Shown: positions 1 through 9,904, counted from the first letter of the stretch. The stretch: DNA of 64,000 bases from Phycisphaerales bacterium (GCA_020852275.1 JADZBE010000017.1:64551-128550); one strand, 5' to 3'. Program-made: numbers and translations. The notes: generated from the sequence alone by a model not told the origin.

Positions 1-1027
1 CCTTGGCGACGCCCTCATCGACGCTCATGCCCGCCAGTCCCATATCCTTGATCAGCTCCGCGCAGACGCGCTTCGCCTCGGGCAGGTCGCCCGTTGTCAC
101 CGAAAAGCACAGCCCCGCCAGCCGCCCGTCGTCGTACACGTTCTGCACAATGTCATCCACGAGCAGGTTGCGCGCGGCGATCGCGCCGAAAATCCTCGCG
201 GCCGCGCCGGGCGTGTTCGGCACGCCGGTGATGGTGATCGAGGCGAGGTCCTGCTTGAGCGTGACGCCCTGCACGGCCACGTCTTCCATGCCCTTGGTTT
301 CAGTCATGATGAGAGTTCCCGGCGCGTCGGTCAGCGAGCTGCGCACATGAATCGGCACGCGGTATTTTTTTCCGAACTCGATGGCGCGCGAGTGCATGAC
401 GGCGGCGCCCGCGGCGGCCATTTCCAGCATGGTGTCGTAGCTGATGCGGTCGATCTTCCGCGCCTGTGGGACGACGCGCGGGTCCGTCGTGTAAACGCCG
501 TCCACGTCGGTGTAGATTTCGCAGATCTCCGCGCCGAGCACGCTGGCGAGCGCCGCCGCCGTCGTGTCGGAGGCGCCGCGCCCCAGTGTCGTGATCTCGC
601 CGGAAGCGTCGATGCCCTGGAAGCCGGCGACGATGACGATGCGCCCGGCCGCCAGCTCGCGGTCGATGCGCTCGCGGCTGATGCGCTGAATGCGCGCCCG
701 CGAGTGGACGCTGTCGGTGATCAGGCCGAGCTGCGCGCCGGTGAGGCTGATGGCCTCGTGCCCGGTGGCGTGAATGGCCATCGCCATCAGCGCGATGGAG
801 ACCTGCTCGCCGGTGGTCAGGAGCATGTCCAGCTCGCGCTTGGGCGGATCGGCGGCGACTTCGGCGGCGAGCTTGAGGAGCTCGTCGGTCGTGTGTCCCA
901 TCGCGGAGACGACGAGCACGACCTGCTTGCCCTCCAGCTTGGCGCGCACCGCCCGTCGCGCGGCCCGGTGAATCCGCTCCGCATTGGCAACGCTCGTCCC
1001 GCCGAATTTCTGCACGATCAACGGCAT
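1..1027 (-). CDS. lysC: aspartate kinase; N-terminal ~340 codons present, C-terminal end runs off the window start
   Basis: My own minus-strand translation from the ATG (cat at 1025-1027) reads MPLIVQKFGGTSVANAERI...VVSAMGHTTDELL...TTLGRGASDTTAAALA...IYTDVDGVYTTDPRVV..., followed by an ACT-like region. The frame stays open to position 1. It is missing from the ORF track because no stop lies in the window. Confidence 0.9.
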   Translation of the reverse strand, partial: MPLIVQKFGGTSVANAERIHRAARRAVRAKLEGKQVVLVVSAMGHTTDELLKLAAEVAADPPKRELDMLLTTGEQVSIALMAMAIHATGHEAISLTGAQLGLITDSVHSRARIQRISRERIDRELAAGRIVIVAGFQGIDASGEITTLGRGASDTTAAALASVLGAEICEIYTDVDGVYTTDPRVVPQARKIDRISYDTMLEMAAAGAAVMHSRAIEFGKKYRVPIHVRSSLTDAPGTLIMTETKGMEDVAVQGVTLKQDLASITITGVPNTPGAAARIFGAIAARNLLVDDIVQNVYDDGRLAGLCFSVTTGDLPEAKRVCAELIKDMGLAGMSVDEGVAK

Positions 1028-1180
1028 CGCGGGGAGGATAGCGGCCTGGCGGCGGGGTTCAAGATTGGGCTGCCGACTTGCGGGATTCGACGCAAAAGAC
1101 GCGAGTTCGCATGAGCCTTTGTCTCGGGGTGTCCTACGGCGCCTTGGCTATGCTTGCCCTGAGGCGTCGCAACCCCGCGC

Positions 1181-2203
1181 TCAATGCTGCGTCTCGCGTC
1201 CCCGCGCCGTCGGCAGGGCGGTCATTGCCCTGACGCGGCGACCCTCCCACTCGACGAGCAGCGGCGTGCCGGCTTTCGCCGCGGCCGCCTTGACGTAGCT
1301 CAGCGCGATCGGCTTGTCCAGCGCCGGGGAGTAACAGGCGCTTGTCACTTGTCCGAGATTTGCTCCGGCCGCGTCCAGGATGCCCGCGCCGCGCGGCGGT
1401 ACGTCCTGCCCTTCGAGGAGCAGCCCGGTCAGGAGGCGCGACACGACGTTCCGCGCGTGCATCCGCTCCACCACCTCCTGCCCGAGGTAGCAGCCCTTGT
1501 TGAAGTTCACCGCGCGCGCGAGCTGCCCCGTCTCGGCCGGCACGACGTCTTCGTTAAGCTCAGCGCCGGGGGAAGGAAACCCGGCCTCGATACGCAGGAT
1601 TTCCAGCGTTTCCATCGAGACGGCCGCGGCGCTCTCGCCGGCGGTGCTTCGGGCGCTGGCGGCAAGGTGCTGGAGGATCGCCGGCCCGGCCTGCGGCGCG
1701 AACACCAGCTCAAAGGCGTGCACTCCACAGAAGTCGCTGCGGAACACCAGCGCCTGGGCATCCGCGAGGTGAATCAGCGCAGCGCCCAGCAGCGCCATGC
1801 GAGCCGCCTGAGGACAACCCAGCGTCGCCAGCGCCGCCGGTGCCCCGGGCCCGACCAGCGCCGCGCGCCCGCTCAGTTCAGCGGCCTCGGCGACCTGCAC
1901 GTCCTCCATGATGATGTACTTGCCAAAATGCTTCAGCGCCGGCTCGACCCAGCGTCGATCAAGATCGAGCAGAATGTCCTCGTCGCGCACGAGCAGGTTG
2001 AGGTCGAACAGGATGCGCCCCTTGACGTTCAGCGCGAAGGCGTAGTTGCCCTCGCCGACGCCGACGGTCTTGACGTGGTTCGTGACCAGGTTGTGCAGCC
2101 ACGTCGCCCGGTCCTTGCCGGTGACGCGCAGCATCGACCGATCGGTTCGCAGCACCCATGCGGCGCCTTCGGTGGCGGCGCGAAATTCACCGCTTGTCTG
2201 CAT
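1181..2203 (-). CDS. YgfZ/GcvT-family folate-binding protein (aminomethyltransferase fold)
   Basis: This is the inner part of track ORF 1181..2491. From Met97 it reads MQTSGEFRAATEGAAWVLRTDRSMLRVTGKDRATWLHNLVTNHV...NFNKGCYLGQEVVERM..., typical of YgfZ/GcvT. The upstream 96 codons look non-coding, so I placed the start at the ATG at 2201-2203. Confidence 0.75.
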   Translation of the reverse strand: MQTSGEFRAATEGAAWVLRTDRSMLRVTGKDRATWLHNLVTNHVKTVGVGEGNYAFALNVKGRILFDLNLLVRDEDILLDLDRRWVEPALKHFGKYIIMEDVQVAEAAELSGRAALVGPGAPAALATLGCPQAARMALLGAALIHLADAQALVFRSDFCGVHAFELVFAPQAGPAILQHLAASARSTAGESAAAVSMETLEILRIEAGFPSPGAELNEDVVPAETGQLARAVNFNKGCYLGQEVVERMHARNVVSRLLTGLLLEGQDVPPRGAGILDAAGANLGQVTSACYSPALDKPIALSYVKAAAAKAGTPLLVEWEGRRVRAMTALPTARGRETQH

Positions 2204-2532
2204 ATCGTTCTGCCTATTGCCTGCTGCGAGCGAAGAATCCCGGATGTCGGGCGGAATTACGCTCGCCTGTTGCCCGTCGATTTCCACCAAGTATGGCAGC
2301 CTTGCCGCATCCGATTTCGGCGTTTGGACGTCCCCGTGCAATGCCCTCAGGGACCTTGAACAAGCCCCTTTCCCGGCTTTGGCGATCAACACGTCTCTGT
2401 GTTTTCGACCGTCAAGCAAGCTGCGCCAACGCATGCTCACGCTGAGTACAGCGAGAGCATGCCACCCGGCGAGAATTGAATGCCCTGACAATGCCCTTCA
2501 CTGGGGTGAGGCGTTCTGATGGCTGCAATTGG

Positions 2533-2636
2533 CATTCGCTATTCGCCATTCGCCATTCGCTATTCGCTATTTGCCATTCAGCATTCAGCATTCAGCATTC
2601 GCGTTCGCCCTCGCTGGCGCTACGGGTTCTGATTTC
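2533..2636. repeat. heptanucleotide tandem array (CATTCGC/TATTCGC/CATTCAG, ~10 units) followed by the conserved motif CCCTCGCTGGCGCTACGGGTTCTGATTTC
   Basis: Direct reading of 2533-2602 gives cattcgc tattcgc cattcgc cattcgc tattcgc tatttgc cattcag x3 cattcgc. The motif at ~2608-2636 recurs at 28133-28161. Confidence 0.9.
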
Positions 2637-2673
2637 GGCCTTTCGACGTCTCAGCTTTCGTCTTTTCGGGGGT

Positions 2674-4242
2674 TCAGTGCGCCACCGGCTTGCCGAGTTC
2701 CTTCGCGACCACGGCCAGCTTGTCATCCAGGAGTTTCTGCGTCTTTGCTTCCAGGTTGAGGCGCAGGAGCGGCTCGGTGTTGGACTTTCTGACGTTGAAC
2801 CACCAGTCCTCAAACTGCACGGTCACGCCGTCGAGCGAGTCGATGCGTGCGTCCTTGAAGCGCTCCGTCAGCCGCTTGATCGCGCCGTCCTTGTCCTCGT
2901 TCTCGAAGTTCCGCTCGCCGCTGGAGGCATAGCGCTTCAGCGGGCGGATCAGCTCGCCCAGCGGCCGGCCCTCGCGCGTCAGCACGTTCACCACATGAAC
3001 AAACGCCAGCATCCCTGAGTCGCAGAACCAGTTGTCGCGGAAGTAGAAATGCCCCGACAGCTCGCCGCCGAAGACGCCCTTCGTCTCCGACAGTGCCTTC
3101 TTCATGAACGCATGACCCACGCGCTCGCGACGCGGACGCCCGCCGGCGGCTTTCACCTCCTCCGCCACCACGCGGCTGGAGCGCAGGTCGTACACCACGG
3201 TGGCATCCGGCGCCTTGCGCAGGAACTCGCGCGCCAGCAGCGCCGTGAGGAGATCGCAGCGCACCGGCTCGGCCCGCTCATCGACCAGCACGAGTCGATC
3301 GGCGTCGCCATCGAAGCACACGCCGAAGTCCGCGCCGACGCGGAGCACCTCGCCCTGAAGCTGGCGCAGGTTCGTCTCCACCAGCGGGTTCGGCTCATGC
3401 ACGAATTCGCCGGTGTGCTCCAGGTTCAGCCACGTGAGGTCCAGCTCCGCCACGTCGCCGAACAAGTTCGGCGCCCACTTGCCGGCCATGCCGTTCGAGG
3501 CGTCGATCACCACGCGCATCGGCCTGGGCGTCTGCAGGAACGAACGGACAAACGTCTTGTAGGGCGCGGTGAGATCCAGCGTGGAATGCGGCGCGAGCTT
3601 GCCCCCCTCGCGGCGGACCACGGTCTGCGCCAGGCGCTTGATGTCCGTCAGGCCCGTGTCCGCCCCGACGGGCGACCCGCCGGCGCCGGAGATCTTGAAG
3701 CCGTTGTAATGCCCCGGATTGTGGCTCGCGGTCGTCTGCACGCCGCCGGCGCACTTGATGTGATTGACGGCGAAGTAGATCTGCGACGTGTCGATCATGC
3801 CGATGTCGATCACCGGCGAGCCCGCCGCCCGCGCGCCCTCGATGAACGCGGCGGACATCGACGGGCTGCTCCTTCGCATGTCGCGCCCGACGACGACGCG
3901 CCCGGCTTCGAGATCTCCGCGCTCCACGCCGCGCAGCGACGCTTGAAGGAACTGCGCCGTCGCGTAGCCGATCTTGTAGGCGAGGTCTTCATTGAGCGGC
4001 TGCGGGTAGGTTCCGCGCACGTCGTACGCCTTGAACACCGAATCCATCATGCGCAGCGCCTCCGTCGCGCGTGTCGCGGCCGCGGAGGCGGCGGTCGCGC
4101 CCTTCTTCTCGTCCTCGTTGAAGCGACAGCCCGGGCAATGCGGATAGTGCGAGCGTCGCCGTCCGAAGCAGACGGCGTCGGAGATGAGGATCTTCGGCTC
4201 GTTCGGGCAAAATCGCGCGTATTCGCTGGGTTTCTGCGGCAT
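2674..4242 (-). CDS. phosphomannomutase/phosphoglucomutase (alpha-D-phosphohexomutase family); start uncertain (4242, or ~4050 at MMDSVFKAYDVRG)
   Basis: Track ORF with FKAYDVRG near the N-terminus and the active-site loop GVQTTASHNPGHYNGFK. The 64-residue N-terminal extension contains four Cys (C12, C25, C36-x2-C39). Confidence 0.85.
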   Translation of the reverse strand: MPQKPSEYARFCPNEPKILISDAVCFGRRRSHYPHCPGCRFNEDEKKGATAASAAATRATEALRMMDSVFKAYDVRGTYPQPLNEDLAYKIGYATAQFLQASLRGVERGDLEAGRVVVGRDMRRSSPSMSAAFIEGARAAGSPVIDIGMIDTSQIYFAVNHIKCAGGVQTTASHNPGHYNGFKISGAGGSPVGADTGLTDIKRLAQTVVRREGGKLAPHSTLDLTAPYKTFVRSFLQTPRPMRVVIDASNGMAGKWAPNLFGDVAELDLTWLNLEHTGEFVHEPNPLVETNLRQLQGEVLRVGADFGVCFDGDADRLVLVDERAEPVRCDLLTALLAREFLRKAPDATVVYDLRSSRVVAEEVKAAGGRPRRERVGHAFMKKALSETKGVFGGELSGHFYFRDNWFCDSGMLAFVHVVNVLTREGRPLGELIRPLKRYASSGERNFENEDKDGAIKRLTERFKDARIDSLDGVTVQFEDWWFNVRKSNTEPLLRLNLEAKTQKLLDDKLAVVAKELGKPVAH

Positions 4243-4511
4243 CGCAGTTCATGCTACGAATCGCCCGCGGCATTGGCAACCGCGGTGAGAGGCATGAGCG
4301 TAGGCCGGGCCGCACGCAAGCCGCGCGGCATGACCGCGCATCGGGTGGCACGGGTCCGAAGCAGCGGACCCGTGGTGCTGGTGGGTGTGGGCTCGTGTCT
4401 CCCTCGCCACGGTCTGGAGATTGCGCCAGATCGTGACGTCAGACGGCTGGGAGCGCGCTCAGTCCGCAGCCCCGACTTGATCCCAAAGGCGTCCCGCACG
4501 ATCATCCGCAC

Positions 4512-5246
4512 ATGCTCGACTGGTTCTGGAAGTACAGCGGAAACCTGTACGACGTGGGGCTGCCCGACCACTGGGTCGGCGTCCTGCTGGTGATCTGCGC
4601 CGTCCTCTGCGGGCTGATCGCCGGCGCGGAGCGCGAGTTCAAGAACAAGCCCGCGGGCCTGCGCACCCTCGCGCTCATCTGCGTGGGCAGCGCGCTGTTC
4701 ACCATGGCCTCCATTCAGCTCGCCGGCGACACCGACGATCGCACGCGCATCGCCGCACAGATCGTCTCCGGCATCGGCTTCCTCGGCGCCGGCGCCATCA
4801 TCCGCGACCGCGGCAATGTCGTGGGCCTGACCACCGCGGCCACCGTATGGGTCATGGCCTCGATCGGGATGCTGGTCGGCGGCGGCTACGCGGTGGCGGG
4901 CATCGTGCTGACGCTGCTCGTCGTGGGCACGCTGACGGTGATTCAGAAGCTGCACTACCGCATGCTCAGCGGCTGCCAGTATCAGCAGTGCGGGCTGCAC
5001 TACCGCGGCGAGGACGGCAAGACGCGCATCCGCATTCTCGAAGTGCTCGACGATCACCAGGTGCCCGACCACCGCTGGGACGTGCGGGAGGAAGCGAACG
5101 GGCAGGAATGCCTGACGCTTTCTTACTGCCACTATCACCGTCACCACCGGGAGATTCTGGGCAATCTTGCACGGGTGGAAGGCGTGGAGCGCATCGAGCG
5201 CATCCGCGCGCCGAGGGAGTGCGAGACCGAGACGAATTCCGAATAA
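4512..5246 (+). CDS. MgtC/SapB-family membrane protein
   Basis: Track ORF with ...CGLIAGAEREFKNKPAGLRTLALICVGSALFT...QIVSGIGFLGAGAII...GLTTAATVWVMASIGMLVG..., a typical MgtC N-terminal domain, plus a soluble C-terminal domain. Confidence 0.8.
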   Translation: MLDWFWKYSGNLYDVGLPDHWVGVLLVICAVLCGLIAGAEREFKNKPAGLRTLALICVGSALFTMASIQLAGDTDDRTRIAAQIVSGIGFLGAGAIIRDRGNVVGLTTAATVWVMASIGMLVGGGYAVAGIVLTLLVVGTLTVIQKLHYRMLSGCQYQQCGLHYRGEDGKTRIRILEVLDDHQVPDHRWDVREEANGQECLTLSYCHYHRHHREILGNLARVEGVERIERIRAPRECETETNSE

Positions 5247-5419
5247 GGGAGGGCAGGTCTCCGGCCTGCCAGGGTGGAGCAGGACGAGGGCTCTGTTGCA
5301 CCCCTGAGCCGCGACCGTGAGGGAGCGAGGCTTTCGCACCGAACCCGCGGGTTCTGAAACAGTGCGTAGGTGACTCTGCGTTGAAGGTAAATGGATCCCA
5401 GTGCGCGCGTCGCACGAGC

Positions 5420-5505
5420 GGGTGGCAGGGTCTGCGGTACTGCCTTGACCATGCTTTTGCCCCGCTCGCCACGGTCAGGCGAGTACGCCAGACCGTGTCA
5501 CCCGC
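5420..5505. repeat. pair of inverted REP-like hairpin units: degenerate unit 5420-5453 and unit 5470-5505
   Basis: 5470-5505 reads CACGGTCAGGCGAGTACGCCAGACCGTGTCACCCGC. The same unit occurs at 33129-33164 and, reverse-complemented, at 32706-32740. Confidence 0.7.
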
Positions 5506-5624
5506 TTTCCCCTGATTGAGCTTCTATCCAGGATCTGCCGCGTCTTTTCAAATCTGGCCCGCCACCCCCAAGCGCTACGCTGCCGCACCTCTTTACTCGC
5601 TGTGTTGCCCATCCGGGCGGACGA

Positions 5625-6638
5625 TTGCAGGATGCACGCACCGTGAGGAAACCGATGCGGTCCCAACCTGCTCCGACCCGCGCGCCGGCGCTGATCATCC
5701 GCAGCGTCTGGTCGATCGCGCTCGTGGCCGTCGTGCCCGCGCTGACCATCTTCGGATACGACATCAGCCAATCGCTCTCCGGATCGACGGGCGTGACGAT
5801 CCTCGATGACGATGAGAGCCGATTCAACCTGATCATCGCCGGGTTTTCCGTGCTGGCGGCGATTCTCATCTGGCGGCGATTCGTCATTTGGACGATGGGG
5901 CGCAAGGCGCTGACGGGGCTGATCGGCGTGATTCCCTTCGTGCAGGTCGTCGTGACGCAGCCGCTGTGGAACAGCGGCTGCGGCGGAGACACGCTGCTGG
6001 AGATGTGCCAGGAACAGGTGTCCCTCGGGCTGTGGATCTGGCTGTGCATCTGGGCGTGGTGGGGGTTGGAACTGAGCGCGGATCGCGTAACCCTGACGTG
6101 GAGGCGGTGGCGTATGACATCCGGCGGCAAACGCGTTTTGTGTTCCCTGGGCAGCATCCCGCTGATCGTCGGCGCTTTCGGCATCGTCTGGCAGGCGCTG
6201 GACGACTTCACCGATCTCGATTCGAACTGGGCGGGGACGGCGACGTTTCTCTGCGTTTCCGTGCTGGTGGTGACCGTCTGGATGCTCATCTGGCGAGGCC
6301 AGGTCGAGTGGAGCCGCTCCGTCTCCGCGCGGACGATGCTCCTCGCCGCCGCGCTGATCGCCCTGACGATCGGACCGATGCCCTGGCTTTGGGGGAAAGG
6401 TGGCGTCTTCTCGGAGATTTGCGTGTCGTTTCCCATCATCGGGTGGGGCGTGTGGATGGCGGCGACGATCGCCCTGTGGCCGATGAAGCCGTCTCCCGAG
6501 TCGCAGGGGGCAAGCGTTCCCATGTGTCCGATGTGCGGCTACGCGCTGGTGGGTCTGAAGCACACGCGCTGCCCGGAGTGCGGATCGGAACCGACGCTGG
6601 ATGAGCTTTGGGCAGCCTCACGCGAGCAGGGGATCTAG
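5625..6638 (+). CDS. polytopic membrane protein with a C-terminal CPxCG...CPECG zinc ribbon; function unknown (start may be Met11 at 5655)
   Basis: Track ORF with multiple hydrophobic, W-rich segments, ending ...VPMCPMCGYALVGLKHTRCPECGSEPTLDELW. The opposite-strand ORFs (5475..6563 and similar) are R/P/H/D-rich shadow ORFs. Confidence 0.6.
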   Translation: MQDARTVRKPMRSQPAPTRAPALIIRSVWSIALVAVVPALTIFGYDISQSLSGSTGVTILDDDESRFNLIIAGFSVLAAILIWRRFVIWTMGRKALTGLIGVIPFVQVVVTQPLWNSGCGGDTLLEMCQEQVSLGLWIWLCIWAWWGLELSADRVTLTWRRWRMTSGGKRVLCSLGSIPLIVGAFGIVWQALDDFTDLDSNWAGTATFLCVSVLVVTVWMLIWRGQVEWSRSVSARTMLLAAALIALTIGPMPWLWGKGGVFSEICVSFPIIGWGVWMAATIALWPMKPSPESQGASVPMCPMCGYALVGLKHTRCPECGSEPTLDELWAASREQGI

Positions 6639-7334
6639 AACCCGCCGGTTGGCCCCTCGATCGCCCGGCGGACGCCGCGCCGCGGCGATGCAGCCGCGCA
6701 GCCACGTCTCCAACCCCTCGAACGACGAAGCGAGCGTGAAGCTCGTGCGGAAGATCGGCGCGTGCGGATTCACCACGCGGATGTCCTGAGCCGCGCGGTC
6801 CACGTTGAATCGGGCGGCTTCGGCGAGGTCCATCTTCGAAATGACCACGGCGTCCGCCGTCTGAAAGAGATGAGCATACTTGGCAGGCTTGTCGTCGCCT
6901 TCCGCGGCGCTGAGCATGGAGAGCCGCGCGTGCTCGCCGAGGTCGAAGTTCGTCGGGCACACGCAGTTGCCGACATTCTCCACGACAATCAGGTCAAGTT
7001 CATCGACAGGGAGCCGCTCCAGCCCGCCGCGAACCAGCGCGGCCGTCAGGTGACATCCACCCTCCGTGAGCAACTGCACCACGGGCGCGCCCACGGCGGC
7101 GATGCGCTCGGCGTCGCGCGTGGTGGCGAGATCGCCTTCCAGCACACCGACCCGCAGGTCTTTTGCCAGCCGCGGAAGAAGCCGCTCCAGCAAGGACGTC
7201 TTGCCGCATCCGGCGCCGCCCAGCAGGTTCATCATGCACGCGCCCCGTCGCCGGAGCACCTCGCGGTTCTCATCGGCCGCGCGGTCGTTCTTCGCCAGAA
7301 CGCTTTTGCGGATGACTTCAATGCGCGATGCCAT
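6618..7334 (-). CDS. hypB: hydrogenase nickel-incorporation GTPase HypB
   Basis: Inner part of track ORF 6618..7589 starting at MASRIEV. It has the P-loop GGAGCGKTSLL, ...VVENVGNCVCP... and ...ISKMDL.... The start overlaps the hypA stop. Confidence 0.9.
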   Translation of the reverse strand: MASRIEVIRKSVLAKNDRAADENREVLRRRGACMMNLLGGAGCGKTSLLERLLPRLAKDLRVGVLEGDLATTRDAERIAAVGAPVVQLLTEGGCHLTAALVRGGLERLPVDELDLIVVENVGNCVCPTNFDLGEHARLSMLSAAEGDDKPAKYAHLFQTADAVVISKMDLAEAARFNVDRAAQDIRVVNPHAPIFRTSFTLASSFEGLETWLRGCIAAARRPPGDRGANRRVLDPLLA

Positions 7335-7794
7335 AACCCGGATCTCCAGCCGCGCTCGGGTCAGCCTGCGCGCCCGCGGCGCGCTCGTCCCGCCGACGGT
7401 CCGCAAGGCCCGCGCCGCCGCTTGGATCAAGTGGACCCGGCGCCGGCGATGCGTCGCTCTCGAACTCCATCGACGTGAGTTCCAGCTCGTCGCCGCCGCT
7501 GACGTCCGCGTCCGTCGAGCCGCAGGCGCGGCAACGCGTGTCAAACGTGTCCAGCCGCTCCTCCGCTCCGCAATGCAGGCACCGCACAATCGGCAGCGTC
7601 AGCGATACCTCCAGATCCGAGTGCGCCAACCGCCCCGCGCGGGCCATGTCGAAGGCGTCCTTGAGCATCTCCGGCTCGATCTGCCGCAGCGCGCCGACCT
7701 TCACGCGGAGGTGCAGCACGCTCGTGGCGCCCAGGCGTACCGCTTCGCCCTCCGCCAGTTCCGCAAGCGCCTGGGCAATCGCCAGCTCGTGCAT
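7318..7794 (-). CDS. hypA: hydrogenase maturation nickel metallochaperone HypA with a C-terminal extension
   Basis: MHELAIAQALAE... with two CxxC pairs (CLHCG...CRACG). A ~45-residue acidic, Pro/Gly-rich tail overlaps the hypB start by 17 nt. Confidence 0.85.
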   Translation of the reverse strand: MHELAIAQALAELAEGEAVRLGATSVLHLRVKVGALRQIEPEMLKDAFDMARAGRLAHSDLEVSLTLPIVRCLHCGAEERLDTFDTRCRACGSTDADVSGGDELELTSMEFESDASPAPGPLDPSGGAGLADRRRDERAAGAQADPSAAGDPGYGIAH

Positions 7795-7797
7795 ACA

Positions 7798-8301
7798 TCA
7801 CGCTTCCCGTCCGTCCTGGTCAAGATCCTGCAAGACGCGTTCCACGACCTCGTCCACGCATGAGGCCACTTCAGGCGACATGCTCAACGATCGCGCGAAC
7901 TGGGCGGCGAAAATCACATACAGCCGGATGCGCGGCGGGACGCCGTCCCATGCGGCCATCAGGTCCAGCCCGTTGGCGACGTCGATCTCATGCGTGGAAG
8001 GGCGCGATCTGCCGATCAGGCGCTGCCGCGGATCGCCGCAGAGCACGGTGAACGTGCCTGCGGGATGCGCGGCATCTGCGGGAGCGGCGTCGATCACCAA
8101 AAGCGTCCCGATTCGCGACCCCTCCAGTTGAGCCAGCGCCAGCCCGGGAGATTCGTCGCAAAGCACTTCCGCGCGGCCTCGCGCTCGTTCCCGCAACCGC
8201 TCACCGACGCGAAGCCCCGCCTGATCGTCGCCCATCGACCAGCGCCCGCAGCCCAGAATGACACATCGCCCGGTGTCGCGACTGTGACCTGCTTGCGTCA
8301 T
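7798..8301 (-). CDS. hydrogenase maturation endopeptidase (HyaD/HoxW family)
   Basis: Inner part of track ORF 7798..8385 from MTQAGHS. It has ...CVILGCGRWSMGDDQAGLRVGERL...LLVIDAA... and ...STHEIDV.... It lies directly downstream of the large subunit. Confidence 0.8.
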   Translation of the reverse strand: MTQAGHSRDTGRCVILGCGRWSMGDDQAGLRVGERLRERARGRAEVLCDESPGLALAQLEGSRIGTLLVIDAAPADAAHPAGTFTVLCGDPRQRLIGRSRPSTHEIDVANGLDLMAAWDGVPPRIRLYVIFAAQFARSLSMSPEVASCVDEVVERVLQDLDQDGREA

Positions 8302-8410
8302 GGGGTCGCCACTATCGCTCGCAATGACATGCTGCCTGCACACCGTGAACCATCCATTCCTTGATTCATGTCCCCTTGCAAGCACTCTTTTCCACTCAAC
8401 CGCTCGCGAC

Positions 8411-9718
8411 TCAGTCTTCCCACTGGATGTCGAGGAAATGCGTAGCGCACGAAATGCATGGATCGTACGCCCGCACCAGCATCTCGAGGTGCAGCGTCAT
8501 TTCCTCCTTGCCCATGCCCGCGCTCATGAGCTGCGGTACAAAGGCGCGCATGTCAGCCTCGATGTTGGCAAGGTTCTGCCCCGTGGGAATAATGAGGTTC
8601 GACCCCTCGATATTGCCGTCCTTGTCCAGTGCGTACTCATGAAAGAGCAAGCCGCGCGGGACCTCGGTCGCCCCGACGCCAATCCCGAAATCTCGCGGTG
8701 GGACGATCGGCTCCAGTTCAAGCGGCTGCGCCAGCAGTGTGTCAATCAACTCAATGGAAGACTCCACATCGTGCACAACTTCCACAAGCTGCGCCGTATT
8801 GTTGTAAAACGGATTGGTGTTGGGCGCTGTAAAGCCGAGTTGAGCCGCGACCGCCTTGGCTGCCGGATGCAGTTGCTCTGCATTGTTGTTGAATCGCGCC
8901 AGCGCCCCGACGGCGTATTCATGCGAATAGGGGGAGGCACAGTGCTTGGCCGCGGAGTGAGGAACCACAGTTTCCAGAACGCGGCTGCGATAGGCCTGAG
9001 GAGAAGTAACCTGTGAGGCGTGCGAGGAAACAATGTCCCCGTCGTATAGCGCATATTCCCCATTGTTTGCGTGCTTGAGCGCCACATATTCCGTAGGCCG
9101 GTTTAGTTGCGGAAACTTCAATTCAGCAAACAGCCCGACAGTTTCATCCAGATCTTCGCGGCAATCGACCAGGCGCTTGCGGATGTCCTGCAATTCCCCT
9201 TCTCGGGGTACGTGCGAGCAGCCGCCGACCTGCATGGCAATTGGGTGAATGTGCCGCCCGCCCACCACGGCGCAAAGGTCGTTGGCCAGCTTCTTCATGC
9301 GCAGCGCCCGCTGCACCACCGTCGGGTGCGTTCGCGCCAACGGAATGACCGACCCGGCGCCCAGAAAATCCGGCACGGCAAGGAAATACAAGTGGAGCAC
9401 GTGGCTTTGAATATGCTCGCCGAAGAGAATGAGTTTCCGCAACAGCACGGTCTGCTCGCTGGGCACAATGCCGCAGGCCGCCTCGATGCCGCGCACCGAC
9501 GCCATCGTGTGCCCCACCGAGCAGATGCCGCAGATGCGACACGTGATGTGCGGCGCCTCATGGTAGGGTCGGCCCCGAAGAAAGGCCTCGAAAAATCGTG
9601 GACTTTCCACGATCGCCAGCTCGAGGTGCGTAATCTCACCGTCGCGCACCCTGACGGTAATGTTGCCGTGCCCCTCAACGCGCGTGATGTGCTTGACGTC
9701 TATGGTGAAGTTTTTCAT
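8411..9718 (-). CDS. [NiFe] hydrogenase large (alpha) subunit, group 3 (3b-type by operon context)
   Basis: N-terminal ITRVEGHG and the RICGICSVGH nickel-binding motif, plus the C-terminal DPCISCATH motif. Confidence 0.92.
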   Translation of the reverse strand: MKNFTIDVKHITRVEGHGNITVRVRDGEITHLELAIVESPRFFEAFLRGRPYHEAPHITCRICGICSVGHTMASVRGIEAACGIVPSEQTVLLRKLILFGEHIQSHVLHLYFLAVPDFLGAGSVIPLARTHPTVVQRALRMKKLANDLCAVVGGRHIHPIAMQVGGCSHVPREGELQDIRKRLVDCREDLDETVGLFAELKFPQLNRPTEYVALKHANNGEYALYDGDIVSSHASQVTSPQAYRSRVLETVVPHSAAKHCASPYSHEYAVGALARFNNNAEQLHPAAKAVAAQLGFTAPNTNPFYNNTAQLVEVVHDVESSIELIDTLLAQPLELEPIVPPRDFGIGVGATEVPRGLLFHEYALDKDGNIEGSNLIIPTGQNLANIEADMRAFVPQLMSAGMGKEEMTLHLEMLVRAYDPCISCATHFLDIQWED

Positions 9719-9733
9719 GGCAGTGGCTCCCTA

Positions 9734-9867
9734 TCCGTCCGTGGTGAAAGGCGGCACTCGTCATTCCCGCGCAGGCGGAAATCCCGCGGTCCGGCGATGC
9801 GCCTTGGACCCCCGCCTGCGCGGGGGTAACGGCTCGCACGTCCTCTCCCGGGTTTCACCACGGTCTG
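9734..9867. mobile_element. MITE-like element, short copy (~134 bp), between the hydrogenase small and large subunit genes
   Basis: Ends are CCGTGGTGAAAGG...GGGTTTCACCACGG. Internal hairpins are CATTCCCGCGCAGGCGGAAATC and GACCCCCGCCTGCGCGGGGGT. It is homologous to the 162-bp copies at 23893 and 38984. Confidence 0.75.
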
Positions 9868-9904
9868 CCGGGCGGCGCGAACGCGAGGTCCGGTGATGCC
9901 GCGC

